Origin: Octopus sinensis
Lineage: Eukaryota
Assembly: GCF_006345805.1 (NCBI RefSeq)
Contig: NC_043017.1
Location: forward strand, 30,876,001 to 30,940,000
Direction: 5' to 3'
Length of the DNA: 64,000 bases
The position numbers and the translations under genes were made by a program. The notes beneath the pieces are model-generated. The model did no database searches. It was not told the DNA's origin and saw nothing but the letters and a program-made list of their open reading frames with translations. This document shows positions 40,031 through 53,345 of this stretch, one piece after another; within the stretch, counting starts at the first letter, position 1, and each line of letters begins with the position of its first letter.

Positions 40031-40434
40031 TTCTTTTACTTGTTTCAGTCATTTGACTGTGGCCATGCTGGAGCACCACCTTTTTAGTCGAGGACTTCGA
40101 CCCCAAGGGCTTATTCTTTGTAAGCCTAGTACTTATTCTATCGGTCTATTTTGCCGAAAAGCTAAATTACGGGTTTCGTAAACACACCAGCATCCTTTGT
40201 CAAGCGATGTTGGGGGGACAAACACAGACACACAAACATATACACATACATATATATATATACATATATACGACGGGCTTCTTTCAGTTTCCGTCTATCA
40301 AATCCACTCACAAGGCTTTGGTCAGCCCAAGGCTATAGTAGAAGGCATTTGCCCAAGGTGCAACGCAGTGGGACTGAACCCGGAACCATGTGATTCGTAA
40401 GCGAGCTACTTTCCACACAGCCACTCCTACACCT
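40031..40434 (-). mobile_element. SINE family A lying between the two CR1 fragments
   Basis: Full-length reverse copy. Confidence 0.85.
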
Positions 40435-40559
40435 ATAGGTGTGGCTATGGAAAACTCTAGAAAGGCTAGTACATAATTTCGGCCTTGAGTGTTATACAAA
40501 TTCCAGAATTGGTCACCATTGTATTGCGCCGAAGTTACCATCCATTCGATCTTAGTTCA

Positions 40560-40885
40560 GGTCCTGGTACTGCAATGGCCTAGGGTTCAAAGTTCCACAG
40601 TTCTTCAATGCCCTGCCACAAAAATATAAGAAATCTGAATAAGGTAGAAGTCTTCAAAAAGGAACCAGACATCCTTCTTTCCACAATACTGGATGGACCA
40701 ACAGCCGGACGCGAGGTGCGACAAGGTCAGCGGAATCAAACTCCCTCATACATCAAATGGGCCAATAACTGGGACGGAGGCGCATACAGGAGTGATGATG
40801 TGAAACGAACCAGACGGAGAAAATCAGGACAACGGAGGTGTTCCAGCATGACCGCAACCACGTGGCTGAAACGAGTAAAAGAGTA
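40560..40885 (+). mobile_element. CR1/L2-type LINE 3' end with tail
   Basis: QFFNALP-(frameshift)-NIRNLNKVEVFKKEPDILLSTILDGPT, then a tail ending GAGTAAAAGAGTA. Confidence 0.7.
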
Positions 40886-41068
40886 TGTTGATGTGTGGCA
40901 AGAAGCTTGCTTACCAACCACATGGTGGTTCCCAGTTCAGCCCTACTGTGGGGCACGTTGAGTAGGTGTCTTCTAATGTAGCCCTGGGCTGACCACAGTC
41001 ATGAGTACATATTTGGTAGATGGTAACTGACAGAAGCCCGTCATATATATGTACATATGTATATATGT

Positions 41069-41380
41069 GGAGGCGCAATGGCCCAGTGGTTAGGGCAGCG
41101 GACTCGCGGTCATAGGATCGCGGTTTCGATTCCCAGACCAGGTGTTGTGAGTGTTTATTGAGCGAAAACACCTAAAGCTCCACGAGGCTCCGGCAGGGGA
41201 TGGTGGCGATCCCTGCTGTACTCTTTCGCCACAATTTTCTCCCACTCTTTCTTCTGTTGGCCTGCTCGCTTAGCCAGCGGGGTGGTGTCATTTGAGGGCT
41301 AAAACAATGCGAAGCGCATTGTGACCAGCGATGTGTAGCAACATCTGATAGCCTGGTCGATCACGGTGATCACGGTGATA
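41069..41380 (+). mobile_element. tRNA-Arg-like SINE, tail X
   Basis: Homologous to 7178-7488; GACTCGCG anticodon-like loop. Confidence 0.85.
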
Positions 41381-41715
41381 TGTGTGTGTGTGTGTGTGTG
41401 TGTTTGTGTGTGTGTGCGTCTTTACGTGTCTGTGTTTATCCGCCTACCATCACTTGACAACCGATTTTGGTGTGTTTACGTCCTTGTACCTTAGCGATTC
41501 GGCAAAAGTGTTCCGATAGAAGTAATAGGCTTAAAATGAATAAGTCATGGGGTCGATTTGTTCGACTAAAGGCGCTGCACTAGCATACCCACAATCAAAT
41601 GATTGAAACAAATAATAAAAGAATATATATACACACGTATATGTACATATGTGTACATACGCACATAAACACACATACATATGCATATATACCTACATAT
41701 ATTTATACATATATA

Positions 41716-42130
41716 GGCGCAGGAGTGGCTGTATGGTAAGTAGCTTGCTAACCAACCACATGGTTCCGGGGTCAGTCCCACTGCGTGGCATCTTGGGCAA
41801 GTGTCTTCTGCTATAGCCCCGGGCCGACCAATGCCTTGTGAGTGGATTTGGTAGACGGAAACTGAAAGAAGCCTGTCGTAAATATGTTTATATATATATA
41901 TGTATGTTTGTTTGTGTGTCTGTGTTTGTCCCCCTAGCATTGCTTGACAACCGATGCTGGTGTGTTTACGTCCCCGTTACTTAGCGGTTCGGCAAAAGAG
42001 ACCGATAGAAAAAGTACTGGGCTTACAAAAATAATAAGTCCCGGGGTCGAGTTGCTCGATCAAAGGTGGTGCTATAGCATGGCCGCAGTCAAATGACTGA
42101 AACAAGTAAAAGAGTAAAAGAGTAAAAGAG
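41716..42130 (+). mobile_element. SINE family A
   Basis: Full-length with (GAGTAAAA)3 tail. Confidence 0.9.
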
Positions 42131-42940
42131 AATATGTATGTGTGTGTGTATGTGTGGGTGTGTGTATTAATATAAGCAGATGTCCTTGTGTGTTCCATTA
42201 TGTAGTTTGTGTGAGCGTGTGTGAATGTGTGTCTGAGTGTAGTTTACTTTGTAGGCAGTCACCATTTTATAGTCTCTTTATATTTTTGACTAGATAACTA
42301 TTTGTACCTTTATATCCGCACACATATACATATATCCACATGTGTATGAAAACGTATTTATAGCAATGTGATTATAACATAATAGGAATTCATGTGTGTG
42401 CTTGGTTTGTGAGAGAATATAACAATGCATATCTGCAGACCTGTATATATGTTATATTTACATGTCATCATTTTACATATTGTGTAATTGAGACGGTAGC
42501 ACGCCAATAATTTCAAGTTGATTTGCTTGATTTTCTTGACTGAATTCAAAATATCAAGCGATACATTAACGTTATTCAGTGTAGGGGAATCAAGTAAGGT
42601 GTTAGCTGATACGTACCAGCTGACGCTTGGTCTGTGTTCCAATTAGATGCAAAGTAAATTACTTTGGAGCCAAGTTTGAATAGAATCACTCTCAATTCAC
42701 TGAACTTATTGAATACGTTTCATATCATTGATTTGGCCCTGCTGTTAAAATACCCACAATACACTTTCATCTAAGAAACACTAGGAATATTTTGAATTGA
42801 ACCTGGCTTATATTTATGGTGAAATAGTTGAAGTATTCTCAGAATTAAATAACTGAATAACTACAGATATCTAATAACACATGAACGAAAACAGAAATTT
42901 GCTTTAAAATTACATATTTGAGGGTCTCTCTCTCTCTCTC

Positions 42941-43215
42941 TCTTTTAGTCTTTTACTTGTTTCAGTCATTTCACTACGGCCATGCTGGAGCACCACCTTT
43001 AGTTGAGCACATCGACCCCAGGACTTATTCTTTTGTAAACCTAGTACTTATTCTATCGGCCTCGTTTTGCCGAACCGCTAAGTTACGGGGACGTAAACAC
43101 ACCAGCATCGGTTGTCAAGCGATGTTGGGGAGGGGACACACACAGACACACAAACATATACACACACATACATATATATATATACATATATATATATACA
43201 TATATATATATACAT

Positions 43216-43274
<59 letters not shown>

Positions 43275-43440
43275 CGACGGTCTTCTTTCAGTTTCCGTCT
43301 ACCACCAAATCCACTCACAAGGCTTTGGTCGGCCCGAGGCTATAGTAGAAGACACTTGCCCAAGGTGCCACGCAGTGGGACTGAACCCGGAACCCTGTAG
43401 TTCGTGAGCAAGCTACTTACCACACAGCCACTCCTACACC
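42941..43440 (-). mobile_element. SINE family A
   Basis: Full-length reverse copy. Confidence 0.9.
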
Positions 43441-43778
43441 TGATTATATTTCATTAGTATAATAATGTTATATATTACTATATAATCTATTTCGTTTCTG
43501 TATATGTCTTTGATATTTTTTGTTGTCTTCTAAGTGGATCATATCCTTATTTCTTACATTTCGGTGAGAAAGAAGTACTATTCGTTTACTCTTTTACTTC
43601 TTTCAGACATCTGGCTGCGGCCATACTGGAGCACCACCTTTTAAAGAGGTTTTATAAATCCACCCCAGGACTTATTCTTTGTCAGCCTAGTATTTATTCT
43701 GTCAGTCGCTTTTTGCAGAACCTGTAAGTTGCGGGTGACATCGGTTGTCAAGCGATGGTGTGACACAAAGACACACAC

Positions 43779-43832
<54 letters not shown>

Positions 43833-43843
43833 TATTTATCTAC

Positions 43844-43887
<44 letters not shown>

Positions 43888-43939
43888 ATACCTACATACA
43901 CCCCCCCACACACACACACGCCAGAGCCACTACACACAT

Positions 43940-44090
43940 TATTTTCTCTCCTTGTTTTCTGTAGAAGAGCATAGGCTCGAAACGTAAAAGACTTTTTCTA
44001 ATCCTGAGCGTTATACTAATACATCTGTTTGTTTTGTATACCACCTGTTTTCGTCTTTGGTTTTTTTTTTAGTAAACTCTCCCTAGATAT
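43940..44090 (+). mobile_element. PLE-like terminal fragment, family C, with minimal hammerhead at 43954-43992
   Basis: UUUU [CUGUAGA] A GAGC-AUAG-GCUC [GAAA] CGUA^AAAG; ends in (TA)n. Confidence 0.55.
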
Positions 44091-44109
44091 ATATATATAT
44101 ATATATATT

Positions 44110-44511
44110 TAAATAATGAGGGAGATAAATTAATATTAATTTTAATATCAATTTAAAACCAGTAGTCTAGCATACAAAAAATCTGAGAAGTCAGAGAAAA
44201 TTCTAATATATGTGTATATTGGCAGGGCGAGACTGCTAGGTAGTCGGCCGTATGCTAGAAATAGATCATCAACGATCAAACTACAAAGGAAATTCTCTAG
44301 AGGAAAAATTCAGCGAACACCAAAACCAAATTTGGCGGGCAGGACAGATGAAAATTTATATAAAAAACAGAATTAAATGCATACCTCGGTTTCGGCCTTT
44401 AACAAAAGAATTACTTACATAATTCAAATGTCCGTGGCTTCATCATTGCATTTGTTCAGTGTAAATGCAAAATGAAAAAACTAACCCCAACCTAGCAGTC
44501 TCACCCTGCCA

Positions 44512-44516
<5 letters not shown>
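44110..44516. mobile_element. PLE-like remnant with a 27-bp inverted repeat (44215-44241 / 44490-44516)
   Basis: TATATTGGCAGGG(C/T)GAGACTGCTAGGT inverted repeat; body homologous to 36135-36355 and about 61020-61125; flanked by (AT)n. Confidence 0.5.
44375..44453 (-). ncRNA. Hammerhead ribozyme with C3A substitution (probably decayed)
   Basis: AAAUGCA [AUGAUGA] AGCC...GGCC [GAAA] CCGAGGUA^UGCAUUU; 7-bp stem I, 3-bp stem III. Confidence 0.65.
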
Positions 44517-44544
<28 letters not shown>

Positions 44545-45592
44545 GTAAACGACGGGTTTCTTTCAGTTTCCATCTTCTATATCTATTCACAAGATTTTGG
44601 TCGACCCGAGGCTATAGTAGAAGACACTTGCTTCAGGTGCCACCCAGCGGGTCTGAACCCGGGGCCATGTGTTTGGGAAATAAGCTTCTTACCACACAGC
44701 CACGACTGCCCCTTTATCTTTGTAATCCATAACAATGTGTTAGTGGGTGACATGGTTCGTTGGGCATTGAATAATCGCCGATGATATCCAAATTTCATTT
44801 ATATGTATGCCTAGTGTCACTGATAGTTTTAACTAATAATGACATTTTCTATTGGGTGCATTGCATAACGAGTAAATTTTGCAAACTTCAGTAACAGACG
44901 CATGTTCGGATAAGGTTATAGAAATACTGGAATCTCGCTGACACATTCCACCGGGTATTGTGTGCTTCAACACACAAAAGTCATTTATGTGTTCTTTGTT
45001 TTTTCTTCTTTCTTCTTTCTTTTTTTAGTAGGTGATTCAGTACTAAGTATGAGATTCTAGAAATGCTTTACAGTTTAAGATATAAAGGCACTTATGATTT
45101 CTATGAGGCTCAGATGACGATTTATTGTTAAACGAATTAATAATGACCTCGAGAACATTATACAGTCTCACTGGATATTGTGCATTGTATTCCAAGGTGA
45201 CCTTGTATCTTATATCTCCTCATGTTTTACAGAGTACTGTCACTGCTCGAGAACCAGTAAAGGAACCTATGTATGGTCCGTCAAGACACAAATAAAAGGC
45301 AGAAACTTCACTCGAATATGGACCAGCTTATAGTCTTATGGTGGAGCCACGTGGCTTAGTGGTTAAGGTGTTGGGTTCCTAAATGTAAGATTGTGGTTTC
45401 GAATCTTGGATCAACTTACGCGTTGTGTTCTTGAGTAAAGTACTTCATTTCATGTACTCCGTACCACTTAGCTGGTAAAATGTGTAATCATATGATGGAT
45501 CGGTGCCCTGTGTGGGTGGAGAATTTATACCAACGGAAACCGGGAAAGTGTATTGTGGGTATTTAACAGCAGGGCCAAATCAATGATATGAA

Positions 45593-45823
45593 GGCGGTGA
45601 GCTGGCAGAAACGTTAGCACGCCGGGCGAAATGCTTTGCGGTATTTCGTCTGCCACTTCGTTCTGAGTTCAAATTCCGCCGAGGTCGACTTTGCCTTTCA
45701 TCCTTTTGGGGTCGATAAATTAAGTACCAGTTACACACTGGGGTCGATGTAATCGACTTAATCAGTTTGTCTGTTCTTGTTTGTCCCCTCTGTGTTTAGC
45801 CCCTTATGGGTAGTAAAGAAATA
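45593..45823 (+). mobile_element. SINE family M with TSD GATATGAA
   Basis: TSD at 45585-45592 and 45824-45831. Confidence 0.9.
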
Positions 45824-48800
45824 GATATGAAACGTATTCAATAAATTTAATGAAATGAGAGTGATTCTATTCAAACTTGGTTCCAAATTAATGTACTTTG
45901 CATCTAACCGGAATACAGACCAAGCGTCAGCTGGTACGTATCGGCTAACACTATACTTGATTCCCCTACACAGTCTACGTGCCACAACAAGGGTCTTAAT
46001 CCTTTTTATAGTCTTATAAAAGCAGACATAGCGGATAGAGTGTAATATGCAATTGCTAAATAATACTTGGAGATCATAACTGTTCAAAGTTTGAGTGTAG
46101 ATGTGTTTAAACACCACTCAGTGTTCACTCCGATTAAACGATCGGAGCAAAGAGGAGGGAACTGAATTGGTGGTGATGAACTAAAGGACAAAACTGCAAT
46201 ATTTAGACAACGTCATCAGGTGTCACAACTACTGTTCTTACATCGTCTGTTAATGAGTGAGTGGAAACAGCTTTGGCAAAAACAAAGTATGAATGATGAG
46301 AACACAGACGAATTAGAGAAATCAACGATGAAATTTGCGGCTGGTACATCGAAACTGAAGGTTTCCCATAACAACCGTGATGGAATCAGTAGACCAAACC
46401 TCTGAAAGTTTAGTAAGATTTACTCAGTAATTTGAGACAAATTGGGTTTTGTGGGGCCAAAGTAATGGGCATTTTGATACTTCTCCGCAAAAGAAGAACA
46501 ACATTTTGTATTTCCCATTTGTCTTATATGGATATAATCAGAAAAGGAGGGAAGAGATCGGCGTTATTTTCTATGAAGTGTACAGTTAACTGTCGATTGA
46601 AGTGAGGAAAATATAACAGGCATAGATCCCCATCACATTAGATTCTCTCATTTGGAGAGGTTAATTGTACATGGAGTTATATGGTTTCGAATTTCTTAAG
46701 AAGATGGTAGTGTTAAACGAATTTCAGGTTAAGTCTGCAAGCCGCAGGTTTTATGGAGTTTGAATCAAGACCGTAAAGATTTGGCAACATTATTACCAGA
46801 AATCTTGTTCATTACATTAAATTCCAATTTACAGTCATCGTCTGATATTTAATTAAATTATCGCGCCCTTAATTTAAAATGCTAAGATGCCCCCTGTGAG
46901 ATTTGAGCCGAGACCATAAGAAACCGCAATAAATATGTGAATGCTTTGCCACCAACGTTCACAGGACTCTGCTAATTCACTAAGCGTAAAAAGTGTTTTA
47001 TGAATATTTGAATACCTTTGATACGATGTTAAATTGCTTTCAAACTAGAAAGCTTCATCCATAGCGGATGTAAATTAAGAACAGTAGTCAAGTCTCCCAT
47101 GTGTGAGATTTCTTTCCCCGCAAAATTAACGATTCTTCTGACGACTGTCATGTATCTTTAGATACAGCAGATTTGAAGAAAAAAAAATGGATATTCATTG
47201 CTGTAAATTAGGCTTACGCAATCACGGCAGAAGTGGGAACTGAGCACCTTCAACATGGTAACATTAATTTTAGTTTTTTGTATAGGGATCAATTCTTATA
47301 AGATCCAGAATACAGGATGGTATCCTCAAATTCCTGTCATTAACGGAACCACATAAAATAGATGGCGCTCTAATGAGTGCTTTGAAACTGAAAGAAAAAA
47401 AAAGGGAAAACAAATATTTTTTCGGGATCTCCTTTATGTTTAATAGCAAATGAAATCAACGTGCATTTGAGGCCAGGTAATAAGGGCGATGCGAGTTCCT
47501 CTGCCTTTCAATTAAGGCGAAAATTATTTTAGCTGTTTTAGTCTCAACTTTCAGTTGATCCAACAGATCTATCAAGAAAGACATTCTAGCCATGACCTTC
47601 ACGTCTCTTTTACATTAATGACAGCATTATTCATCATATCCTTTCAAAATTTGTTGGGTTTTGTTTTATGTTTAGCATGAGATGCGCCCTGATTGAGTGG
47701 CCCTACAATCAAAGAAAATCTGGTCATTACGATCCAATCTTTCTTTGATTTATAGCTGGTGAAATATTATTCGATGCCTCTTTTTCATTTAACCTTTTTC
47801 ACTACCATACTTGTTAGAGATCACCTTTTCATTCTATTAAAATAATCTTAAAATGTCTTCATCTTAGATTCTATTATTCTTAACAGAATATCGTGACTTA
47901 TTCTTTGCTTCAAGCATTGAGCTGCGGTCATGCTGGGGCATGGATCTTCCTGAAGGGTTTTCTGGTACAAATTGACCACAGAACGTATTTTTTTAGTCTG
48001 GTATTTACCCTACGGGGATATAAACAGATAGACATCATTTTGTGGAGGGGAACTGACACAAAATATACACACGCGTATATACACATACTCACATACACAC
48101 AAACACGCACGCACACACACACAGACCGGGAAAGCGAGACCTAATGACTGTTTTCCACAGTTTCCGTCTATTAAGTGCAATGGTCCGCCCGGGATTTAGT
48201 AAATGATACTTATCTAAGTTGCTGCGCAAGGATAATAACATTAATCCTTTGTTTGCAAAACAAGCTTATTAATCACTCAGCCACTTCTGCGCATGCGCTG
48301 ATTAACAATGACATTCATAAGGATTCTATGAGGCGTTCTATGCGTTCGTTATTGTTCTAAACTTGGAAAGATTTTGATGAAATGTTTCGTTAGAATTATC
48401 ATGAGACATCCATTCAGGAATCGCCAGGGGCGCTATGATTGTATTCAGCCCCAAATCAGCACTGATTGATTAGCCCTAAGCTCATTGGAGTTCTATACAT
48501 TACCATCTTGCGGTCATGTGTTTCATTAATACTATTCCAACCAACGTCTTTGTTTAAGGGGATTGTTAACCGTTTGAGGAATAATTGGCTGCTATTTAAA
48601 AGATGTGAGTCGACAGAAGTTGTTCTCAATAATTTTTTTAACAATGAACCCCTTCGATTACCATTCTAATCTGGTGGTCCCCTACAGCCACTGGATGTTT
48701 AAAAACTAGTTTTATAGATACTTCTTTGAAAATTCCTATTTTATTTGTCACGTATTAACCTGTGTCGGAGGAACTATGTGAAACATTTGACAAAGAAATA

Positions 48801-49431
48801 TTGCTGTTTCTTGCGAATAATGCATCCAAAGCAAAATTTATATGGACCCTTAAAAACTATTTACTATTTTCCTTGCGTGGACTGCGAAAAAATCTTAAGT
48901 GGAAACCAGGGGTCATATGGACTTTGGTTGAGAATCATTGGTTTAGAACAGCTATTGCGGCTGTATCATTAGATTACAATCAAATATAGATAACATATTT
49001 TCTCTCGGCACTAAGTGCTTTAATTGTTAGTTACTTTGTAAGATACACAGGTTCAAGGCAAGCTTAAAGGAATAGAGGACCCTTCAAATTTTAGGCATAG
49101 TGTAAAGCAAACAACTGAAATAGAATATATATATGGGAACTCAGAGCATATGATTCCCGTATGAGTATTAAGGGCTGAAAATATTGCTATATGTGATGAT
49201 TCTAATAAAAAACATTATATAAACAAATTTTATGCACAAAAACTTTTAATTCAGCCAAGGGGTATTTTTGCATATTTAGTTAAAATTGTCGGTTTGCATC
49301 CGTATATTTCCAGTTGTTATCTTATGCATTGTACCTTGTGAAAACACTTTCTAATAGAGATCGGATTCAGACAGATATGTGAAACTGCCGGAGACTATAG
49401 TGAAGCTCTGACTAAAGAGAGTTACTACAAA

Positions 49432-49755
49432 AGGTCATATGTGTGACATAGGGTGTCAGATCCTTGTTATACCTCCGAAAATATTTACAAGTGGTTGTCT
49501 GAGAATGTATTCGACTTCACCAGTTCCAGTTTCTGACTTCCTAATGCCCCTGATTGTAATCCTACGCATTATTATGATTAGGGCACATTTGTGAAAGACA
49601 TCAATCTCACTGCTTGCAAAACCAAGGCCGCGCTGGTGGCCAAGATCAAGGAAATGCTTGAAGTTCTTCTCAAAGTGACAGTAACGAACGCATGCGCCAG
49701 ATGTCGGAGCCGTCTTGATCCTGTGATGGAAGCTGAAGACGGCTATCTTGATTAA
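49432..49755 (+). pseudogene. Tc1/mariner transposase C-terminal remnant
   Basis: RSYV*HRVSDPCYTSENIYKWLSEN...PNAPDCNPTHYYD*G...ACARCRSRLDPVMEAEDGYLD* matches the QDxAPxH / PxSPDLNP motifs. Confidence 0.8.
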
Positions 49756-50590
49756 ACTGTTATCACAGGGCCATAATCTAGTAAATATTTATTAGAATTT
49801 TTTTGTGGATGGGACATAGTGTATTATTTTATACTATCAAACTGAGCCCAACCATATTGTACGAGACGTTATGCAAAGCACTAGACCTATTTCGAGCCTA
49901 TCCATAAATATAAAACTAAGTTGGATAGGCACTGTGGAGTCTGAGGACCAATAGCACATCACATACAATAATGTGGAAAATCGTGGAGAGACCTATGTCA
50001 CGCGTAAAGAAATCAAAGTGATACAAATTATGCGTAGCTGAAAGTTGGCACATTGTTTTTAGATCCAACAATTCCACTACACTACTTAATTTCAGATCCG
50101 AAATTTTCAGCAAAAGCAAACACATGGACACATTTCTTTTGTCGAACTGGAAAACACTACCATCTTCAACTACAAAGCTGTCTCGCACACTTCTGGACTC
50201 TGCACCGCTGAATTATTCTACTCCAGATTAATTACGATATTTACGGTCAAAGAGAGGTATCTCTCAATTCTCTTTTATTTTTTCCCTTGTTCTTTTTTCC
50301 GTTTCTTCTTCATCTTTCCTCTTCTCATTTCACACTTTTTGCATAAAACCTTCTTGTTTTCTCAAGTGGTTTCTCATGTACCAGCGTTCTGGTTTTCAAA
50401 TTAATCTAAGCATATGCACTGAGGTGAAAGAATACATTGAGATGCAAGAATTGTTATGTAAATCTGACTAAATACAATATATCCTTATGACAAGAAATTA
50501 TAAGTAGGTTTTATTTTAAATACCGTGTACATTACATTTTGTGTGTGTGTACGCACCTACACTCACACACACAAATACACACACATATTG

Positions 50591-50634
<44 letters not shown>

Positions 50635-51206
50635 GGAAAGGGAGAGAGAGATACATGCATACATACACACGTACATACATACATATATACATAAGTGTAT
50701 ATGTATCGGGAGCGATAAGCGTGTATGTGTATCATTTTCCTATTGTGCAACAACGAAAGATATAAGTATCGGAAAGAAAAATTTAAAGACATCGCTTTTG
50801 ACCAAAACTATGTTTCTGGTACCTAGAACACACACAAATACACACACATATTGATATATATATATATAGAGAGAGAGAGAGGGGGGAGAGGGAGAGAGGG
50901 ATACATGCATACATACACACGTACATACATATATACATAAGTGTATATGTATCGGGGGCGATAAGCGTGTATGTGTATCATTTTCCTATTGTGCAACAAC
51001 GAAAGATATAAGTATCGGAAAGAAAAATTTAATGACATCGCTTTTGACCAAAACTACGTTTCTGGTACCTAGAACAATATTTTTGGTTAATTACACCCAT
51101 CCACTCTCAAAATCGTTACTGCATTTACCCATGCATTTAAACATTGTTTGGCCAGCTAGAAATCTATGCGAAGATGTCTTTTTTTCACACTCCCCCTTAT
51201 AGGATA

Positions 51207-51623
51207 ACTCTTTTACTCTTTTACTATTTTACTTGTTTCAGTCATTTGACTGCGGCCATGCTGGAGCACCGCCTTTAGTCGACCAAATCGACCCCGGGAC
51301 TTACTCTTTGTAAGCCCAGTACTTATTCTATCGGTTTCTTTTGCCGAACCGCTAAGTGACGGGGACATAAACACACCAGCATCGGTTGTCAAGCAATGCT
51401 AGGGGGACAAACACAGACACACAAACATACACACACACACATATATATATATACATGCATATATACGACGGGCTTCTTTCAGTTTCCGTCTACCAAATCC
51501 ACTCACAAGGCTTTGGTTGGCCCGGTGCTATAGCAGAAGACACTTGCCCAAGATGCCACGCAGTGGGACTGAACCCGGAACCATGTGGTTGGTAAGCAAG
51601 CAACTTACCTCAAAGCCACTCCT
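51207..51623 (-). mobile_element. SINE family A
   Basis: Full-length reverse copy. Confidence 0.9.
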
Positions 51624-52484
51624 AAATAAATTATTGTAGAACATTAGAAAACGCCAATTTACTTATAGAGTACTGTTATCGCTTGAAATATAGTATGCTG
51701 TACAGTGCCGAGTTAACTTTATGGAACGGTAGTGACTGGACTTATGAATTTCGTGAGTGGTCTTGCAAAAACGTTCGTAATATTTGTGATAGTATATCAA
51801 CTGCTCTTTCTAGGTGTTTCATCTTGTGCAGTAGAGGTTTTTAACTCTCGCCTCTGACACATCGCAGTTTCCTTCGACAATAGTAGCGTATATTTTGGAA
51901 GGGACATGACGTGAAATATTTGGCTAAAAAAAGACCGGCAATAAAATCAAACAAGTTTGTATACGTAAGAAATTCACTATACAAATACGTAGTTTGCACT
52001 TAAGCCCTACAATGTGACATCCATCAGGTGATCAGGATATCATTTAGAATTTATTCTGAATGGATTCTAACGCAGCTGATAATCCAATTTATTAATATGA
52101 GGAAAATAGGAATCGTCTCGAAAACGCAAGGAAACAAAGTGTTTCGAGGCTAATTTTGATTTTATGTTGCAACAATTAGCTTTGAGGTTCTGACGCACTG
52201 TCCATTATTCATTTAAAAGAATTTTAGTCAAAAGATAATTCTTAAAGAAACGGTAAGTTGATTGGCATGTAATGTCTTGACAGCATTTAATTGTTCACAA
52301 ATCTCCTTAAAGTATGCCAGAAAGATTATCTGCCAACTTGATTGCTTTATTCTTCAGTTATCTTCAAAGAAATATTAGTGTATCTTTCGCCTCTGCAATC
52401 AATGTCGTATCTTAACTCTTGAAATCAATTGTACTAATCCATAAGATTAAAATATCTCATCCCAACAATTTATTTACTGAAACC

Positions 52485-52810
52485 TGTGACTGGTGATCAG
52501 ACGTTTGCTTCCCAACCATATGGTTCCTGGCTCAGTCCCATTGCGTGGCAAGCGTCTTCTACTATAGCTTCCAAAACCCAAAGCCTTGTGAGTGGATTTT
52601 GAAGATGGGCATTCAAAGAATCTCGTCGTATACACATATATGTGTATGTGTGTGTTCAATTTTGTGTGTGTGTGTTTGTCCCCTGTTACCACTTCAGAAC
52701 TGGTGCTGGTGTGTTCGACAAAAGAGAGAATAGAATGAGTACCACGTTTAAAACAAATAAGCACTGCATGGCTGCAGTCTAATGACTGAAGCATGTATTA
52801 GAAGAAAAGA
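52485..52810 (+). mobile_element. SINE family A, old diverged copy
   Basis: Recognisable CCCAACCATATGGTTCC..AAAGCCTTGTGAGTGGATTT core. Confidence 0.7.
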
Positions 52811-53114
52811 ATAACAAAACACCTGCCAGTCCATCAAGGACAGATATGGGAGATAAAGGCAGCGTTTTCATAGATGATTGCTATTTCTGTATCGTGCTGT
52901 GTATACTCTTAAGACAAGGATTTCATACATCTGTTCTGTTAAAAAAAAAAACTAGATCTAACATTTTAAAGAATTCTTTAGAAGAATACTATTTTCCAAT
53001 CAAGACCCATTTTTCTCTAAACAACATGTCTGTATTCTTTCAATGAAATTTGCCAGGGTTTGAGGAAAATAAAATTTACAAAATAATATTTTCTGCATCT
53101 TCAACATACAAACC

Positions 53115-53345
53115 TATTTCATTATTACCCACAAGGGGCTAAACATAGAGAGGACAAACAAGGACAGACATAGGTATTAAGTCGATGACATCGACCCCGG
53201 TGCGTAACTGGTGCTTAATTTATCGACCCCGAAAGGATGAAAGGCAAAGTCGACCTAGGCGGAATTTGAACTCAGAACGTGACGGCAGACGGAATACCGC
53301 TAAGCATTTCGTCCGGCATGCTAACGGATCTGCCAGCTCCCCGCC
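53115..53345 (-). mobile_element. SINE family M with 15-bp TSD TTCAACATACAAACC
   Basis: TSD at 53100-53114 and 53346-53360. Confidence 0.9.

Noticed and set aside
48456-48989. Overlapping 60-75 aa ORFs in non-repetitive sequence
   Set aside because: No motif or clear splice signals recognised; may be an ancient TE.
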